From an uncultured Bifidobacteriaceae bacterium (GTDB taxonomy: Bacteria > Actinomycetota > Acidimicrobiia > IMCC26256 > JAENVU01): a stretch of DNA of 64,000 nucleotides. The translations under genes and the position numbers were made by a program. Positions 61,843 to 64,000 of the stretch are shown in pieces; the stretch's first letter is position 1, and every line of letters starts with the position of its first letter. Below the pieces are notes generated by a model. The model saw nothing but the letters and a program-made list of their open reading frames with translations. It was not told where the DNA came from and did not search any database. The stretch lies in contig CAZXCB010000001.1 of assembly GCA_964639075.1 (NCBI GenBank), positions 9,602 through 73,601 of the forward strand, written 5' to 3'.

Positions 61843-62943
61843 ATGAAGCGCCGATTCGCACGGTTGACAGCGCTCGCTGTCGCGGGCGCGAGCGTCATCT
61901 CGATCGTCCCACCGATCGCCGGTGCCGAACCGATCGACTCCAAACGCGCCGAGGCCACGCGCCTCCAGCAGCAGATCGACGCGAACGGCATGCGGATCGC
62001 CGCCCTCGGCGAGCGCTACAACGGAGCCCAGCTCGCCTACGAGCAGGCCCGTCAGCAGATCGAGATCGCGCAACAGCGCCTCGCCGCGGCCCGCGAGCGG
62101 AAGCAACGAATCGAGGACATCCTCCGGCGTCGCGCTGTCGCGCTCTACCAATCCGTGGGATCGTCGACGCCGCTCGAATCGCTGGATGCCCGCGACCTGA
62201 ACGAGCGCGCGACCCGCACGGCGTACACCGCGGCCGCGGGCGAGCGCGACTCCGAGCTCGTCGCGGAGCTGGTTCGCGCCCGCGAACGGTTCAACGCGGA
62301 CCGCCGCGTCGCGCAGCGCCGTCTGCAGGACGCGCAGCGCCAGCGCGACGAGGCCCGCCAGGCCCAGAACCAGATCCAAGCCGCGAATGCACAGGAACAG
62401 CGGCTGCTCTCCAAGGTCAAGGGCGAGATCGCGACGTTGATGGCCGAACAGCAGCGTCAGCGTGACGAGGCGGCGCGCCGTTCGGCGCTCGCCCGCGTCA
62501 CCCGCTCCCCCGGGTCATCGGCCGGGCGCAGTCCCGCGAGATCCGGTGTGGACCCGGGCACGGTCGGCGGCAACTTCCCGCAGGTGCCGGTCTCCGGGCG
62601 CGTCGCCGCAGTCATCGCGTACGCCCGTGCACAGATCGGCAAGCCCTACGTCTACGCGACCGCCGGTCCGAACACCTTCGACTGCTCGGGCCTGACGATG
62701 ATGGCCTGGCGTCAGGCGGGCGTCGGGATGGCCCATTTCTCGGGCTCGCAGTTCAACAGCTTCCCCCACGTGGCGATCTCGAACCTCCAACCCGGAGACC
62801 TCGTCTTCAAGGGACCCGGCGGCGTCGACCACGTCGCGCTCTACATCGGCGGCGGCATGCAGATCGCGGCGACCCACACCGGCAGCTACGTCAAACTGCA
62901 ACCGCTCGGCTCCGGACTCAGCGGAGCCGTTCGTCCCGGCTGA
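61843..62943 (+). CDS. Secreted NlpC/P60 (C40) peptidoglycan endopeptidase with long N-terminal coiled coil (RipA-like)
   Basis: ORF 61843..62943. Signal peptide, about 200 aa of Q/R/E/A heptad-like sequence, then a catalytic domain with FDCSGL and VDHVALYIG. Confidence 0.9.
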   Translation: MKRRFARLTALAVAGASVISIVPPIAGAEPIDSKRAEATRLQQQIDANGMRIAALGERYNGAQLAYEQARQQIEIAQQRLAAARERKQRIEDILRRRAVALYQSVGSSTPLESLDARDLNERATRTAYTAAAGERDSELVAELVRARERFNADRRVAQRRLQDAQRQRDEARQAQNQIQAANAQEQRLLSKVKGEIATLMAEQQRQRDEAARRSALARVTRSPGSSAGRSPARSGVDPGTVGGNFPQVPVSGRVAAVIAYARAQIGKPYVYATAGPNTFDCSGLTMMAWRQAGVGMAHFSGSQFNSFPHVAISNLQPGDLVFKGPGGVDHVALYIGGGMQIAATHTGSYVKLQPLGSGLSGAVRPG

Positions 62944-63000
62944 CCCTGGCGGAGCTCCCGGGTCGATTCCGGCACTGAGCTGCTCGGAGGACGTCGAAGC

Positions 63001-64000
63001 GTGAAGCGCGGATCGACCCTGGAGACCGTCGTCATGGACACGCGCGGCCTGCATTGGGCGAGCTCGAAGGCGCGTGTCGAGGCAGTGCTCGGTCGCCGGC
63101 CGGGGGTGGAGGCGGTCGACGCCAATCCGGTGGCCCAGACCGCGACGGTGACGTTCGATCCCGCGTCGACCGACGTCGCGGAGCTCGTCGGCTGGATCCG
63201 CGAGTGCGGGCTGCACTGCCGCGGGCAATCCGTGCCCGGGCACGTGTGCGATCCGTTGGCCGCACCCCATGAGGACGGTGCCGCACCGCGCTCGCCGCAC
63301 GAGGTCATGGGACACGGCGGGCACGGCGCGATGTCGATGGAGTCGATGGTCGCGGACATGCGGCGGCGCTTCCTCGTCGCAGCGATCTTCTCCGTGCCGA
63401 TCGTGCTCTGGTCGCCCATCGGACGCGAGGTGCTGTCGTTCGACGTCCCGGCGCCGTTCGGGCTCCGCGACGACGTCTGGTCCCTGATCCTCAGCCTGCC
63501 GGTGATCCTCTACTCGTGCTCGATCTTCTTCGTCGGCGCGTACCGGGCGCTCCGCGCGCGGACGCTCGACATGATGGTCCTGGTCGCCGTGGCGGTCGGC
63601 ACCGGTTGGGGCTACTCGGTCATCGTGACGGCCACCGGTGGCGGCGATGTCTTCTACGAGGCCGCGAGCGTGCTCGCCGCGTTCGTGCTCCTCGGCCACT
63701 GGTTCGAGATGCGCGCCCGCGGCGGCGCGAACGATGCGATCCGGACCCTGCTCGACCTCGCGCCGCCGCTGGCCCTCGTCGTCCGCGACGACCACACCGT
63801 CGAGATCCCGACCGCGGACGTGGTCGTCGGCGACCTGCTCCTCGTACGCCCGGGAACCAAGATCGCAGTCGACGGAGTCGTCGAGGCGGGCGAGGGCGAC
63901 GTCGACGAGTCGATGGTGACGGGCGAGAGCCTCCCGGTCCACAAGGTCGCGGGCTCCGAGGCGGTCGGGGCCACGATCAACACGAACGGCACCTTGCGGA
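63001..64000 (+). CDS. Heavy-metal (probably copper) P1B-type ATPase, 5' partial (continues beyond window end)
   Basis: Open frame from GTG 63001 (8 nt after GGAGGA) to the window end; absent from the ORF track because it has no stop. HMA-like fold without Cxx[28 protein letters not shown] helices, and the actuator motif [11 protein letters not shown]. Confidence 0.85.
   Translation, partial: MKRGSTLETVVMDTRGLHWASSKARVEAVLGRRPGVEAVDANPVAQTATVTFDPASTDVAELVGWIRECGLHCRGQSVPGHVCDPLAAPHEDGAAPRSPHEVMGHGGHGAMSMESMVADMRRRFLVAAIFSVPIVLWSPIGREVLSFDVPAPFGLRDDVWSLILSLPVILYSCSIFFVGAYRALRARTLDMMVLVAVAVGTGWGYSVIVTATGGGDVFYEAASVLAAFVLLGHWFEMRARGGANDAIRTLLDLAPPLALVVRDDHTVEIPTADVVVGDLLLVRPGTKIAVDGVVEAGEGDVDESMVTGESLPVHKVAGSEAVGATINTNGTLR

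Noticed and set aside
1-64000. Search for rRNA, tRNA, CRISPR arrays, transposases, integrases, and phage or defence-system genes.
   Set aside because: No intergenic stretch shows a tRNA cloverleaf or T-loop (GGTTCGAATCC-like) sequence. The only short repeats have 2-3 copies (14409-14453, 45408-45447). No ORF resembles a DDE/serine/tyrosine recombinase, Cas protein or other defence protein. This was a scan by eye, so small RNAs could be missed.

Overview
Very GC-rich, actinobacterial-type chromosomal segment (MMPL, F420/luciferase-like oxidoreductase, mycobacterial-style BlaI/M56 pair, RipA-like NlpC/P60). It is densely coding. I can support about 58 CDS, 4 decayed or disrupted genes, one clear bidirectional terminator and several operator-like dyads or repeats. 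I recognised no rRNA, tRNA, CRISPR array, transposase or integrase. Many long Arg/Pro/Gly-rich ORFs in the track are antisense or out-of-frame artefacts of the GC content. Real genes were chosen by protein-like composition, motifs, SD sequences and start/stop coupling (ATGA/GTGA). All family names come from motif recognition by eye, with no searches run, and start codons are inferred. Content from left to right: lipoprotein/DUF308 pair; carbamate kinase diverging from a cDPG-synthetase-like NTPase; MFS transporters; GH127 plus CrtI-like flavoprotein; aquaporin; thiolase and CoA-transferase; D-aminoacylase; ArsR-SulP; DUF1611-racemase operon; hydrolases; a Tat-lipoprotein carotenoid oxygenase; FDH alpha; several TetR-controlled small modules (P450, LLM, aminotransferase-SCP2 fusion); a MerR-centred APH/methyltransferase/VOC module. 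Three secreted proteins carry Calx-beta tails, one of them with six neocarzinostatin-like repeats. The most system-like region is 56.2-64.0 kb. A lipoprotein-DUF302 operon and an MMPL-SHOCT-cupredoxin operon diverge from a 132-bp region carrying two CsoR/RicR-type ATACCC-N4-GGGTAT operators. Next come a sensor-less M56 protease/BlaI repressor pair with a perfect 39-bp inverted repeat, a coiled-coil NlpC/P60 endopeptidase, and a P1B ATPase with a His/Met-rich N-terminus lacking CxxC. I read this as a candidate copper/envelope-stress supercluster whose wiring (MMPL under a CsoR-type box, no csoR in view) I do not know to be described. That reading is inference.
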